From: an uncultured Collinsella sp.
GTDB lineage: Bacteria > Actinomycetota > Coriobacteriia > Coriobacteriales > Coriobacteriaceae
Reading direction: 5' to 3'
Length of the DNA stretch: 64,000 nucleotides
Assembly (NCBI GenBank): GCA_902475595.1
Contig: CABRZT010000002.1
Location: 13,211-77,210, forward strand
Position 1 is the stretch's first letter. Every line of letters begins with the position of its first letter. Shown one piece after another: positions 9,620-19,517 of this stretch. The position numbers were made by a program, and so were the translations under genes. The notes beneath the pieces are model-generated. The model ran no database searches. It had not been told where the DNA came from and saw nothing but the letters and a program-made list of their open reading frames with translations.

Positions 9620-10840
9620 ATGGTTGATACAGATTTTGCTTGGCGGCTTACGCAAGGGCTCGTGCGGATCGACAGTTCCGACCCAGGTGCGTATGAGGGC
9701 GAGATTGAACGCTATATCAAAGTGTTGGTTGAGGCTCAATTGGAGCGGTTGAGTCATCCGGTGCTCCATGCCGTGCAGGTTGAGGAACTCGAGGTGCTGA
9801 CCGGACGCCGCAATCTCATGGTCACCGTGCCCGGTTTGAGCGACGAGCCACGGCTCGTCTACATCTGCCACATGGATACAGTCACCTTGGGCGACGGCTG
9901 GGACGCGGACATTACGCCGCTCGGGGCGGTCGTGCGCGACGGCAAGCTCTACGGCCGCGGCGCCTGCGATATGAAGGGTGGCCTGGCCTGTGCCATTGCC
10001 GCACTGGTCCATACGCTCGAGCGCGTGGCGGCGGATGGCGCGCTGCCCCGCCGCGGCTTTTCGCTCATCTGCTCGGTCGACGAGGAAGACTTTATGCGAG
10101 GCTCCGAGGCAGCCATCGATGCCGGCTGGGTCGGTTCGCGCGAATGGGTGCTGGACACCGAGCCCACCGACGGACAGATCCAGGTGGCGCACAAGGGGCG
10201 TACGTGGTTCGAGATTGAAATGGATGGCGTGACGGCGCATGCAAGCCGGCCCTGGAAGGGCGCGGATGCCGTCGCCGCCATGGCCGAGGTCGTGTGTTCG
10301 CTCCGTCGCGCGTTTGTGGCGCTGCCCGCGCACGATGAGCTGGGGCCTTCGACCATCACGTTCGGCCAAATCGAGGGCGGATATCGCCCCTACGTCGTAC
10401 CCGACCGCGCCAAAGTCTGGGTCGACATGCGCCTGACCCCGCCGACCGATACGGCCGCCGTAACGCGCATGGTAGAGCAGGCCATCACCGTCGCCGAAGC
10501 CGCCATTCCCGGTTGCCACGGCAGCTACGTCGTGACGGGCGACCGCCCCGCCATCGAGCGCGACCCGAACTCTCCCCTTCTAGCAGCGCTCAAGCGTGCC
10601 GCCGATGACGTGACGGACGCGGACACGACCGTCGGCTTCTTTACCGGCTACACCGACACCGCCGTCATTGCCGGCAAGACAGGTAACCGCAATTGCATGA
10701 GCTACGGTCCCGGGTCGCTCGCGCTCGCGCACAAGCCCAACGAATATGTGCCCCACGCCGATATCGTTCGTTGTCAGCAGGTGCTAATCGCGCTCGCCGA
10801 TAACGTGCTCTGGGACGCGAGCGGCCAAGTTGGGGCATAA
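9620..10840 (+). CDS. M20 family metallo-hydrolase (ArgE/DapE-like)
   Basis: HMDTV, GRGACDMKGG, DEE, AHKPNE; start MVDTDF after GAGGTG. Confidence 0.85.
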   Translation: MVDTDFAWRLTQGLVRIDSSDPGAYEGEIERYIKVLVEAQLERLSHPVLHAVQVEELEVLTGRRNLMVTVPGLSDEPRLVYICHMDTVTLGDGWDADITPLGAVVRDGKLYGRGACDMKGGLACAIAALVHTLERVAADGALPRRGFSLICSVDEEDFMRGSEAAIDAGWVGSREWVLDTEPTDGQIQVAHKGRTWFEIEMDGVTAHASRPWKGADAVAAMAEVVCSLRRAFVALPAHDELGPSTITFGQIEGGYRPYVVPDRAKVWVDMRLTPPTDTAAVTRMVEQAITVAEAAIPGCHGSYVVTGDRPAIERDPNSPLLAALKRAADDVTDADTTVGFFTGYTDTAVIAGKTGNRNCMSYGPGSLALAHKPNEYVPHADIVRCQQVLIALADNVLWDASGQVGA

Positions 10841-10879
10841 TAAGCCGCGAACAAACCGACTCGTGCGTTAGGACCGCCC

Positions 10880-11563
10880 ATGAAAGCACTTCCGTTTCCC
10901 TGCATCCGCCCGGCTCAGGACCGCGTGCTCGAGGCGCTGCCTGCAATGGGCAGCATCCTGAGCGGCAACGATGCTCTGCGCGGAGCCATTGCCGATGGCC
11001 TGATGCTCAAGGACCCGGGTGCGGCGTATTACGTGTACGAATGCTCGGGCGAGCCGGGACGTGTGACGGGTGTCGTGGCGATCTGCCCGACGAGTGTACT
11101 TGCGGGCGGCAAGGGCGATGCCAGCGCCGACGTGGCCGCCGCCGCGCGCGCGATCGCCGAGCTCAAGGTGCAGCCGCGCCCCGTATCGCTCGCCTACGAG
11201 GCCTCGCCCGTCATGGATATCATCCTGGGCGCCGCCAAAGAGGGCGCGTCGCTCTACGCCGTCACCGACCCCGCGGGCATTACGCACCGCGCGTGGGAGG
11301 TCAAGCGCGAGGACGCCGTCGGGGCCATCCGCGCCATGCTCGACCAAGCACCGGAGCCGGCACTGGCCGACGACCCCGCCTACGCCGCCGCTCTGACCGG
11401 GGCGTCGCAGCTGCTGGCCGATGAGGCCCGTGTCGCCGGAACGTACACCGGCAAGGAGCCGTTCAACTTTACCGTTGCCGTGCTCTTCCCCGCCGCGCAG
11501 GTCAGCGGCGCCGCGCCGCAGGTTCCGACAGGTCTGCTCACGCACCAGGTCGCGCGGTTCTAG
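10880..11563 (+). CDS. Short, degenerate DUF1015-like protein
   Basis: N-terminal PFPCIRP, YYVYE and FNFTVAVLFP resemble DUF1015; located near serC/serA as is usual for that family. Confidence 0.6.
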   Translation: MKALPFPCIRPAQDRVLEALPAMGSILSGNDALRGAIADGLMLKDPGAAYYVYECSGEPGRVTGVVAICPTSVLAGGKGDASADVAAAARAIAELKVQPRPVSLAYEASPVMDIILGAAKEGASLYAVTDPAGITHRAWEVKREDAVGAIRAMLDQAPEPALADDPAYAAALTGASQLLADEARVAGTYTGKEPFNFTVAVLFPAAQVSGAAPQVPTGLLTHQVARF

Positions 11564-11607
11564 CAAGACCAGACCGCCCGGCACAAAAATCGGCAGCTCA
11601 ACAAACA

Positions 11608-11649
11608 GGGGGCGGAGATGCAGCAGGTACATGCATCTCCGCCCCTTTT
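11608..11649 (+). terminator. Intrinsic terminator between convergent genes
   Basis: GGGGCGGAGATGCA...TGCATCTCCGCCCC then TTTT. Confidence 0.65.
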
Positions 11650-11691
11650 GCGTCGAGAAATTAGCCGGCGACCCGTACCGCCGCGCTCGCG

Positions 11692-12327
11692 TTATCCGCG
11701 CTGCGGACCCGCAGTAGCCACGAGCGGTTCAAGCCCCAGCTCGCGCGCGTAGTCTTCCTGCGTAAAGACTTCGACCAGCTCAAACGTGTCGGATTCGTCG
11801 TCAAACGCAAAGTGCAGCACCGAGCAGTTGCCTGGCACGCGGTCGCGCTCATCGGCCGCCGCGCCCTTCACATGGTCCATGAACTCCTTGATGGCCGAGC
11901 CGTGGCTCACCGCGAGCACGCACTCGTGGTCCGGGCGACGCATAAGATCGGTCAACGTCGCCACCATGCGCTCGCGCACCTGCATCTGGCCCTCGCCGCC
12001 AAACTGGCGATAGAAGTCGCGCCACGGGCGCTCGGGCATGAGCATCACGCGCTCGGCCTCAAAGTCACCAAAGAACCACTCACGCAGGCCGTCCAGGCGC
12101 TCGTACGCCAAGCCCGGCCACAAGTTGGCGATAGTCTGCTCGGTGCGATGAAGCGTGGAGGTGTAGGCATGATCGGGCTCAATGCCGCGCGCACGTAAAA
12201 ACATGCCGGCACGCGCCGCCTGGTCGCAGCCCAACTGCGTAAGCGGCGAGTCACTCCACCCCTGAATGATACGCTTGAGGTTGAATATCGTCTGTCCATG
12301 ACGGACCAGATACAGATCTTTATTCAT
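11692..12327 (-). CDS. Histidine phosphatase (PGM-like) family protein
   Basis: LYLVRHGQT, LREWFFG, AVSHG. Confidence 0.9.
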   Translation of the reverse strand: MNKDLYLVRHGQTIFNLKRIIQGWSDSPLTQLGCDQAARAGMFLRARGIEPDHAYTSTLHRTEQTIANLWPGLAYERLDGLREWFFGDFEAERVMLMPERPWRDFYRQFGGEGQMQVRERMVATLTDLMRRPDHECVLAVSHGSAIKEFMDHVKGAAADERDRVPGNCSVLHFAFDDESDTFELVEVFTQEDYARELGLEPLVATAGPQRG

Positions 12328-12344
12328 AGGGGTCCTTTCGTTCG

Positions 12345-12887
12345 TCACCAATCAAGGAGCGAAAACGCCCCGTCGCAATAGCCAAAATGAAGCACGGCGC
12401 CGTTGTCGGGTAGCTCCCCCTCGCCAGTCACATACTCAAGAAACTCCTGGCAGGCTGAGCCGTGGGAAACCGCCAGCACGCAGTCGTGCTGCGGCCTGGC
12501 CATGATGCGGGACAGCGCCGCGACCATGCGCGACTGAAGCTCACTTTCCGACTCGCCACCAAAGGCAACCGGATAATCACCCCAGGGCTGCGGCGGCATC
12601 TCGCGATTTGATGTGCCCTCCAGCGAGCCAAAATGCCACTCACGCAGGTCATCGACCAGCTCTATGGAACGGCCCTCGCCAACGATAAGCTCGGCCGTAT
12701 GCCGCGCCCGGCCCAACGGCGAGGAATACACATGATCAAAGGCCACGCCACGCGCCGCAAACGCCGTACGCGCCGTCAGCGCCTGCTCGCGCCCGCGCGC
12801 CGTAAGCGACGAATCGTGCCAGCCCTGCAAAATGCTCTGCACATTGAGCTCAGTCTGCCCATGCCGCACCAAATACAGATCTGCCAC
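12345..12887 (-). CDS. Histidine phosphatase (PGM-like) family protein, tandem paralog
   Basis: LYLVRHGQT, SSPLGRA, AVSHG; GTG start after GAGGGGAGG. Confidence 0.9.
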   Translation of the reverse strand: MADLYLVRHGQTELNVQSILQGWHDSSLTARGREQALTARTAFAARGVAFDHVYSSPLGRARHTAELIVGEGRSIELVDDLREWHFGSLEGTSNREMPPQPWGDYPVAFGGESESELQSRMVAALSRIMARPQHDCVLAVSHGSACQEFLEYVTGEGELPDNGAVLHFGYCDGAFSLLDW

Positions 12888-12902
12888 ACACCCTCCCCTC
12901 GT

Positions 12903-12937
12903 ACCACCACAAAGGGGACAGGCACCTTTGTGGTGGT
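12903..12937. repeat. Short palindromic repeat family B
   Basis: ACCACCACAAAGGGGACAGGCACCTTTGTGGTGGT hairpin. Confidence 0.75.
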
Positions 12938-12969
12938 TTACCGCTGGATCACACCGCGGTGACACTCAA

Positions 12970-13641
12970 CTACACCAGCACGTCGGCGAGCGAACGCTTG
13001 GGTACGTGGTGCACCTGCGCCTCATCGCGCCAATAATTGATGGAGCCGTCGGGGTTGGAATCGATCGCATCGATCACCTGTGTCTCGGCCGGAGCGCCAA
13101 ACGCCATGATCAGCTTGAGCTCATATTTGTCGTTATCGAGCCCCATGGCATCGATCGCGCGGGGCGTAAAGGCCTTGAACATACAGGCTGCCACCTCAGG
13201 CGTGGCGCTGCGGGCGGCGAGCATCATCGTCTGCGCGGCAATGCCCGTGTCGACCTCGGTAATGGGAGCGGCTGGCTTGCCCGGAACGGCGCGCTCAGCC
13301 AAAATCGCGATGTAGCCGGTCGGGCGCTCACCCTCGGCAGGACCCGGCCAATCCTTAAGCGCACCGGCCCATGCAAGCTCATCAAATACGCGCGCGCAAT
13401 CCACGGCACCGCTCACCACATGAAAACGCAGACGCTGAGCATTGGCGCCGCAGGGAGTCAGGTGAGCCAGCTCTGCCAGCTCGAGCAAAAACTCACGCGG
13501 CACGCGCATGGACTCGTCAAAACGGCGGCACGTACGGGCACGACGGACCAGCGCATCAAACGCTTCCAAGCCGAGCTTTTCGCAACCCTGCTCTGCCATC
13601 GATTCGACACTCGACGGCGCCTCGGGAACTGCTTCGTTCAT
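12970..13641 (-). CDS. Nitroreductase family protein
   Basis: RARTCRRFD, TPCGANAQ, DTGIAAQTMMLAA, HHVPKRSL; start uncertain. Confidence 0.85.
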   Translation of the reverse strand: MNEAVPEAPSSVESMAEQGCEKLGLEAFDALVRRARTCRRFDESMRVPREFLLELAELAHLTPCGANAQRLRFHVVSGAVDCARVFDELAWAGALKDWPGPAEGERPTGYIAILAERAVPGKPAAPITEVDTGIAAQTMMLAARSATPEVAACMFKAFTPRAIDAMGLDNDKYELKLIMAFGAPAETQVIDAIDSNPDGSINYWRDEAQVHHVPKRSLADVLV

Positions 13642-13876
13642 AGGGACCCCCAATACAAGCCAATTGTCCTTAGGAAAATCTAACCTAAAACGTAGGCAAT
13701 AACGAACAGGGCTGCAATGTTCTACACCTGTTGAATAGAAAATCGCAACGTGGGGAACAACGGAAACAATTCGGGGCCTTTGGGTTACGTTTCGCCCTCT
13801 CCGACCCATACGCCAGCGCCTTTAGGCGATACTGGTTGTAACGATCAAGGCTTACGCCGCACGGAAAGGAGACATT

Positions 13877-14479
13877 ATGGGCATCTTTAAGAACGATGAC
13901 CAAAAATCGAGCCAGTTTGGATTTGACGAGAAAAGCATGGCGGGCAAAGCCGTCAAGGCCGTGCGCTGGATTTACGCCATCACGGGCGTCTTAGCGCTCA
14001 TTGCTGGTATCGCGCTGCTTTTTGCACCCGCCAAGTCCCTCGTCTTTTTGACGACTGTCCTGGGTTTTTACTTTGTAATCACTGCTGCCATCAGGCTGTT
14101 CACTGCCATTTTTGAGCCGCTGCTGCCCACCGGCTGGCGCGTGACGAGCATCATCTCCAACCTACTCATTATCTTGGGCGGCGCCATAATCCTGCGCAAC
14201 CAGGCCTTCTCGACCGCGACGCTCACCACGATGGTGGTTATCGTGGCCGGCTTTGGCTGGATTGTCGAAGGTGTCATGTCCATTCTGGAGTCCGAGCTTT
14301 CGTCCAACCGCGCCCTCGCCATCCTGAGCGGCGCACTCTCCATCATCGCCGGCATGTTCGTGTTTATCTATCCGCTGTGGTCGGCCAAGATGCTCGTCAT
14401 CTTTAGCGGCGCCGCACTGCTGGTGTTTGGCGTAACGCTGATTGTTCGTGCTATTCAATTTGGCAAACTGGTGCACTAG
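13877..14479 (+). CDS. HdeD/DUF308 membrane protein
   Basis: Six hydrophobic helices in repeated G-rich pairs; AAAGGAG RBS. Confidence 0.75.
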   Translation: MGIFKNDDQKSSQFGFDEKSMAGKAVKAVRWIYAITGVLALIAGIALLFAPAKSLVFLTTVLGFYFVITAAIRLFTAIFEPLLPTGWRVTSIISNLLIILGGAIILRNQAFSTATLTTMVVIVAGFGWIVEGVMSILESELSSNRALAILSGALSIIAGMFVFIYPLWSAKMLVIFSGAALLVFGVTLIVRAIQFGKLVH

Positions 14480-14962
14480 ATGCCACGAACGCTCTTTATT
14501 GATGCAGACGCCTGCCCGGTCACGCGCGAGTCGATTGACTGCGCGCGGCGGGCGGGCGTCGCCGTCGTTATCGCCGGCAACAGCACACAGAACCTGGAAC
14601 GCCACATTCGCCGCGACGATCCGCGCGACGTCGAGCATGCGCGACGCGGATTTTGGGTCACGACGCTCGATGTGAGCGTGGGCGCCGACAGCGCCGACTT
14701 TGCCATTGTCGAACGCCTGCAGGCGGGCGACGTAGTCGTGACGCAGGACATTGGCTTGGCGAGCATGGTGCTCGGGCGCGATGCCGCCGCCATCGGCGTG
14801 CGCGGGCGCGTCTACGATAAGGCGACCATCGACATGCAACTGTTTATTCGCCACGAGGAAAAGAAGGTGCGCCGCGCCGGCGGTCGCACTCGCGGTCCGG
14901 CGGCATTTACCAGCGAAGACCGGGCCCGCTTTAAGCGCAACCTCACCGAGCTGCTGCGCTAA
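14480..14962 (+). CDS. YaiI/YqxD (DUF188) family protein
   Basis: IDADACPV, DSADFAI, VVTQDIGLA. Confidence 0.9.
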   Translation: MPRTLFIDADACPVTRESIDCARRAGVAVVIAGNSTQNLERHIRRDDPRDVEHARRGFWVTTLDVSVGADSADFAIVERLQAGDVVVTQDIGLASMVLGRDAAAIGVRGRVYDKATIDMQLFIRHEEKKVRRAGGRTRGPAAFTSEDRARFKRNLTELLR

Positions 14963-14964
14963 CC

Positions 14965-15009
14965 AAGGTAGATTTTCGGGACATGCCCGGAAATCTACCT
15001 TTTTGTTTT
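14965..15009 (+). terminator. Hairpin/terminator after DUF188 gene
   Basis: AAGGTAGATTT...AAATCTACCTT followed by T-rich run. Confidence 0.6.
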
Positions 15010-15127
15010 GAGCGGTGTGAGCGCTCGGAATCCATGGCTCAACAAAAAACGGGCTTCAAAATGCCATGCGTCGCCGCATTGCGCAGGCGCCGAGCATGGC
15101 TATTTGAAGCCCATTTTTTAGGCCTAC

Positions 15128-16228
15128 TTAGAGGCCGAAGGCGGATAGGATAAGGCCCCAGCCGGCGCCGATGACGTACATCATGACCAGGAACACGGCG
15201 TTTTCACGAGCGCTGCGATTGGTGCGGAACAGGACAAGATAGCCCACGCCGGCGGAAATGAGCGTGCCGGCGAGCATCGGCGCCAGCTGTAGCGCGCCCT
15301 CCAGGTACAGCTGCGTAATGACCACGCTGGCCGAGCAGTTGGGGATCAGGCCGACGAGTGCCGAGCCCAAGACGGCGAGCGTCTCGTTGCCACGCAGGAA
15401 CTGCTCGATCGCGGACTCTCCGAAGGTCTCGAGCACGGCAACTAGAATCAGCGTCACCAGGAAAATAAAAACCGAAACCTGCACGGTGTGCGAGATCGCG
15501 CTGCGGATAATCGACAGGACGGGCGCACCTTCGTGGGAGTGACCGTGGTCGTGCCCATGGCCGTGGTGGTGCTCATGCTCGCCTGCGTGACCGTGGTCAT
15601 GGCTGTGTCCGTGGTCGCGCTCGTGTTCATCTTCATCATCATCACAACCGCAATGGTCGCGCTCGCACAACTCGTGGATGTGGTCGGCGCTCACGCCCGC
15701 CTCGGCCACTTCATCAATGATGTCGCCCCCGGTATGGTCGTCGTGCGCGCAGTTCACATGAGCCGGATTGGCAGCGGTCCCCAGCACGGTACGGCGAATC
15801 GCCGCATGCGCGCGGGCATTACGACGAAGGCCGCGGATAGCCGCGTCCACGATAAAGCCCGTGACCAGCGCGATCAGTGCCTTCGAAGCCAAAAGCATCG
15901 CCATGGTCTGCACGGGCACCTGCTCGGCGAGCAACAGCGGCAGCATCTCATCGGAGGTCGAGAGGAACACGGCGACCAGCGTGCCCAGCGTCACGACACG
16001 GCCGGCGTACAGCGTTGCTGCCATGGCCGAAAATCCGCACTGCGGCACAATGCCCAGCAGCGAGCCAGCCACAGGACCCGCAGCGCCGGCGCGCTTGATA
16101 GCGCCGTTGACGCGGTCGCCCGCAACGTGCTCAAGTGTCTCGAGAGCAAGATACGTCACCAACAAAAACGGCGCCAGCGAGAGCGTGTCCTTGCCGGCGT
16201 CGAGCAGAATATCAATCAGCAAATCCAT
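15128..16228 (-). CDS. Putative manganese/heavy-metal transporter with His-rich loop
   Basis: PQCGFS, STSDE, IPNCSAS motifs; poly-His/Asp loop. Confidence 0.75.
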   Translation of the reverse strand: MDLLIDILLDAGKDTLSLAPFLLVTYLALETLEHVAGDRVNGAIKRAGAAGPVAGSLLGIVPQCGFSAMAATLYAGRVVTLGTLVAVFLSTSDEMLPLLLAEQVPVQTMAMLLASKALIALVTGFIVDAAIRGLRRNARAHAAIRRTVLGTAANPAHVNCAHDDHTGGDIIDEVAEAGVSADHIHELCERDHCGCDDDEDEHERDHGHSHDHGHAGEHEHHHGHGHDHGHSHEGAPVLSIIRSAISHTVQVSVFIFLVTLILVAVLETFGESAIEQFLRGNETLAVLGSALVGLIPNCSASVVITQLYLEGALQLAPMLAGTLISAGVGYLVLFRTNRSARENAVFLVMMYVIGAGWGLILSAFGL

Positions 16229-16266
16229 GACGGATGGAACCTTTCATGTCTTTCGGCAGCATTGTA

Positions 16267-16338
16267 AAAGTCCTAGCGGTCAACTAGGGTATTGTAGTTG
16301 TCCTAGGCGCGATGCCAATAGTTGCCCATGGTAAACTA
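16267..16338. promoter_or_regulatory. Candidate DtxR/MntR-type operators upstream of the metal transporter
   Basis: Near-palindrome TAGTTGCCCATGGTAAACTA (16319-16338) and two weaker TAGTTG-led sites; similar sites at 22842-22932. Confidence 0.45.
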
Positions 16339-16400
16339 TCATCTCGCCACATCTCAATGAACCCGAGCCGCGCGGTGCGGCCCGTCCAAGGAGCAGTTAT

Positions 16401-17369
16401 ATGAACGTTTCACAAGCACTCGAATACGAGCGTCAGCCGTTTATCCCCATGTTTATCTATGGCGATCACGGCGCCATGGAGTCCGAGCGCCAGAAGGGCG
16501 AGGAGGCCCTTAAGGTGCTCGAAACCGAGTACTTTACCGCCGAGGGCGACCCCAGCTTCGACTTTGCCACCGTGCGCGACCTGGCTGACCGCAACCGCGA
16601 CCTGTGCGACCAGATTGGCGAGGCGCGCCTGCGCAACGTGACGCCCGCGACGCTTTCGCGCGGCCTGTCCGATGCCGACACCTGCGCCGCCATCGGTAAG
16701 ATGCAAAAGCGCACCGCCGCGTCGGTCATGCGCGAGATCCGCGGCGACCGCGACGCGCTCGGCGTGGCCTACGCCCGCAAGCCCATCCAGGGCACCGTGC
16801 TCGGTATCGACATCGAGACCACCGGCCGTGCACCCGAGCGCGGTTATATCATCAATGTGGGTTGGGAAATCATGGAGCTCACCAGCGACGCCGTCCCGCA
16901 CGACGCCGAGGCACACTACTGCGGCCTGCCCGATATCTACCGCGGCGAGGATGTGCCGTTGTCGAATATCCACCACATCACCTGGGACGACATCGACGGC
17001 AAAAAGCCGTTCCGCGAGAACAAGGAACTGCAGAAGCAGCTGCTCAAGCTTATGAAGAAGTACCCGTACATGGCGCACAACGCCGCCTTTGAGGACAGTT
17101 GGTTCAAGATCCACCTGGACGGTTACGCCGAGGCACGCCGCGCCGGCAAGATCATCGTCATCGACTCGCGCCAGATCTGCCGCAGCCTGGATGCCGACGT
17201 CCGCTCGCTCCCCCGCGAATCCGCGCCCGCCGCGCTCGAGAACTGGGCGCGCCGCCGTGGAACCCTCGCCGCCGACGCCAACGAGCAGCATCTGGGCCTC
17301 GACGACACCGACCTCATGCTCCGCACGGTTCAGGCCGAGTTCAACCTCAAGAACCTATTCGCGAAATAA
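16401..17369 (+). CDS. DEDDh 3'-5' exonuclease (DnaQ-like)
   Basis: GIDIETTG, AHNAAFE, HLGLDD motifs. Confidence 0.85.
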   Translation: MNVSQALEYERQPFIPMFIYGDHGAMESERQKGEEALKVLETEYFTAEGDPSFDFATVRDLADRNRDLCDQIGEARLRNVTPATLSRGLSDADTCAAIGKMQKRTAASVMREIRGDRDALGVAYARKPIQGTVLGIDIETTGRAPERGYIINVGWEIMELTSDAVPHDAEAHYCGLPDIYRGEDVPLSNIHHITWDDIDGKKPFRENKELQKQLLKLMKKYPYMAHNAAFEDSWFKIHLDGYAEARRAGKIIVIDSRQICRSLDADVRSLPRESAPAALENWARRRGTLAADANEQHLGLDDTDLMLRTVQAEFNLKNLFAK

Positions 17370-17434
17370 CCGATCCATCTGCGGGAGCGCCTGCCAGGCA
17401 CAGCGCAATCCGTCTGGGCACACCGACACGCAGT

Positions 17435-17471
17435 AAACTAGGGCGCAGCCTTATGGCTGCACCCTAGTTTT
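17435..17471 (+). terminator. Intrinsic terminator
   Basis: AAACTAGGGCGCAGCC...GGCTGCACCCTAGTTTT. Confidence 0.65.
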
Positions 17472-17518
17472 CATCAAAACGAGCAAATACGCGTGCTTCA
17501 CATAGTCGGCAGGTTGGC

Positions 17519-17708
17519 CCACCTACATTTTTCGAGTTGTTCGGCCAGCTGAACCACTAGTCAAGGCCCCTTGAACCGCAATCGAAGCTAAAATCGCCTT
17601 AATTTCGCAACCAAGCCCCATAAATCTACCTGAATCAATTCGAATAGGACGTTGCGATCGCACCATTTGTATAGGATAAGGCCGAATAACTCAAATTATG
17701 TTGGTGAG
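17519..17708. repeat. Inverted doublet of ~28-bp motif, left of nuclease-like gene
   Basis: CCACCTACATTTTTCGAGTTGTTCGGCC ... GGCCGAATAACTCAAATTATGTTGGTG. Confidence 0.75.
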
Positions 17709-17919
17709 GCATCTGAGCGGTCGGCAAAAACGCTTAGAAGCTACGAATCCGCAACTAAAGTTCATCAAAAAGGGGCAGCCGGCAGAAACCTCCCCAGCCA
17801 AAGCTGCTCCCTCAATACGACAGCTCAAAAACCCACCGTTCGCAGAAGATAAGCCGCGCCCCAATACCGTTGCCCGAAGTTTCGGGCGTATGCGGCGTCC
17901 GCTATGCCATCATGCGCGT

Positions 17920-19128
17920 ATGGGAATCATTCTGTCACATACCACGGCACGCGCTGTATACCAAACAGCCAACTCGCTCGCAAGCTACGCGACCGGTCCC
18001 ATACCTATGGAAAAGATCAGGGTGTCTGCGCCGACCACGTCCGACCTGGAAGCGGCACGAGCATGGCTCAACAGAAAGAATGTCGATTCTGAACGTATCC
18101 ATGTGCTGACGTTTTCCAATAATGCCAAAAGGCACCGCAAGGGCTGCATCTGCCACTGCACGCGCTATACGTTTGATGCAGAAAGCTACCTAGAACTCGA
18201 GCCGAACGTCTACATCGTCGATATCAAGCTGTGCGCGTTAGAAGCAACAGCCGACCTCAACCTTTCGGAGCTCGTTGAGTATTACTTTGAAATCTGCGGC
18301 TCCTACGCGCTTGGAACGTCCGACGAAACTCAATATCGCGAGCGCCCAGCCCTAACCAGCGTTGAAGAGCTCAGAGCCTTCTTTTCAGAGGTACCGGGGT
18401 ATCGTGGATCTAATAAAGCACTTAAGGCACTTTCTTATGTACACGAAGGCTGTCGCTCCCCACTCGAAACGGCGTTTGTCATGATGCTGACAATGCCCAA
18501 GTCAATGGGTGGCTTAGCCATACGCGCTATCAAAACGGATTATCCGATCCCAGTCCCCAAAAGATACGCCGCCCTAACGCGACGGACGGTTTTCTACCTC
18601 GACGCGCTGCTCGAAAATTCGATGACCGATATCGAATACAACGGCTTTTACCACGACGAACCCGAGCAGCAATCAATTGACGAGGAGCGCCGAAACACGC
18701 TGCGAAACATGGGATATGCCGTTATCACAGTTAATCGTCATTCGTTTTTCAAGCAGTCCGCTTTTAAACGGGTCATGGAAGCGATTCGCATTCGCGAGAA
18801 GATATGGCCCGGTCGACTCCCGGATAACTTCGCCATCCTGCAAGAAACTCTTCGTCAATTTGTCTTGCGGCGCTACTTCGAATACGGTCGCCGCGTCCTG
18901 GAGACACTCAAAGAAGAAGAGGCCGCCAAGCGCGAAATTGCAAGCCAATATCCGCAAGCTGATGACCCGAGCATCAACGATGTGCCCGAACCCGACGACA
19001 TGCAACACGTCGGGGCCCTTGCTGAGGAAATCAATGGGGCTTGGGAATGCGACATGTTCGCAAAAATCGATGAAAACCGCACGGAAGACGACACGATTAT
19101 TGATCTAATTGAGAATTCGCTCTTCTAA
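17920..19128 (+). CDS. AbiEi-like / DUF559 (Vsr-like PD-(D/E)XK) domain protein
   Basis: RSPLET, YLD...DIEYNGFYH, RRNTLRNMGYAVITV; lower GC than flanks; start MGIILSH, possibly leaderless (CATCAT 6 nt upstream). Confidence 0.7.
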   Translation: MGIILSHTTARAVYQTANSLASYATGPIPMEKIRVSAPTTSDLEAARAWLNRKNVDSERIHVLTFSNNAKRHRKGCICHCTRYTFDAESYLELEPNVYIVDIKLCALEATADLNLSELVEYYFEICGSYALGTSDETQYRERPALTSVEELRAFFSEVPGYRGSNKALKALSYVHEGCRSPLETAFVMMLTMPKSMGGLAIRAIKTDYPIPVPKRYAALTRRTVFYLDALLENSMTDIEYNGFYHDEPEQQSIDEERRNTLRNMGYAVITVNRHSFFKQSAFKRVMEAIRIREKIWPGRLPDNFAILQETLRQFVLRRYFEYGRRVLETLKEEEAAKREIASQYPQADDPSINDVPEPDDMQHVGALAEEINGAWECDMFAKIDENRTEDDTIIDLIENSLF

Positions 19129-19147
19129 AGGCGATCTCTGCGGATGT

Positions 19148-19368
19148 CCACCTACATTTTTCGACTTATTCGGCCACCGATGTGCCAGATTGGCTGCAGC
19201 AATGCTCAATATAACTTTAGATAAAACTGATTCTGCAGGAACTCCCGTAGAGGAAGAACTGATTCTCGCGGTATTTGACACGATAAAGTACAAATATGAA
19301 CAGTTCTAATGCTTCTCAAGGTGGCTTTCTTAGCATGCTAGCCGAACATCTCGAAATATGTTGGCGAG
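19148..19368. repeat. Inverted doublet of the same ~28-bp motif, right of nuclease-like gene
   Basis: CCACCTACATTTTTCGACTTATTCGGCC ... AGCCGAACATCTCGAAATATGTTGGCG. Confidence 0.75.
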
Positions 19369-19443
19369 CATTGCGTCGATGTCTCCCAACCCACAGAAAA
19401 TCGCAGAGGCGGCAAGCAGTCATCGAAATTAACGCAAATTGTA

Positions 19444-19504
19444 TTGACATATGAACATGCGCTCATATAATCGGAAGCAAGTTTTATGAGCGCATGTTCA
19501 TATG
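19444..19504 (+). promoter_or_regulatory. Consensus sigma70 promoter overlapped by two ArsR/SmtB operators
   Basis: TTGACA(19444)-16 nt-TATAAT(19466); CATATGAACATGCGCTCATA and its inverted copy TATGAGCGCATGTTCATATG; a third similar site near 20223. Confidence 0.85.
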
Positions 19505-19517
19505 AAAGGATATTGCA

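Noticed and set aside
17698..17919. 74-aa N-terminal extension of the DUF559-like ORF in the ORF track
   Set aside because: Begins inside the flanking repeat with no RBS; ATG at 17920 is the more plausible start.
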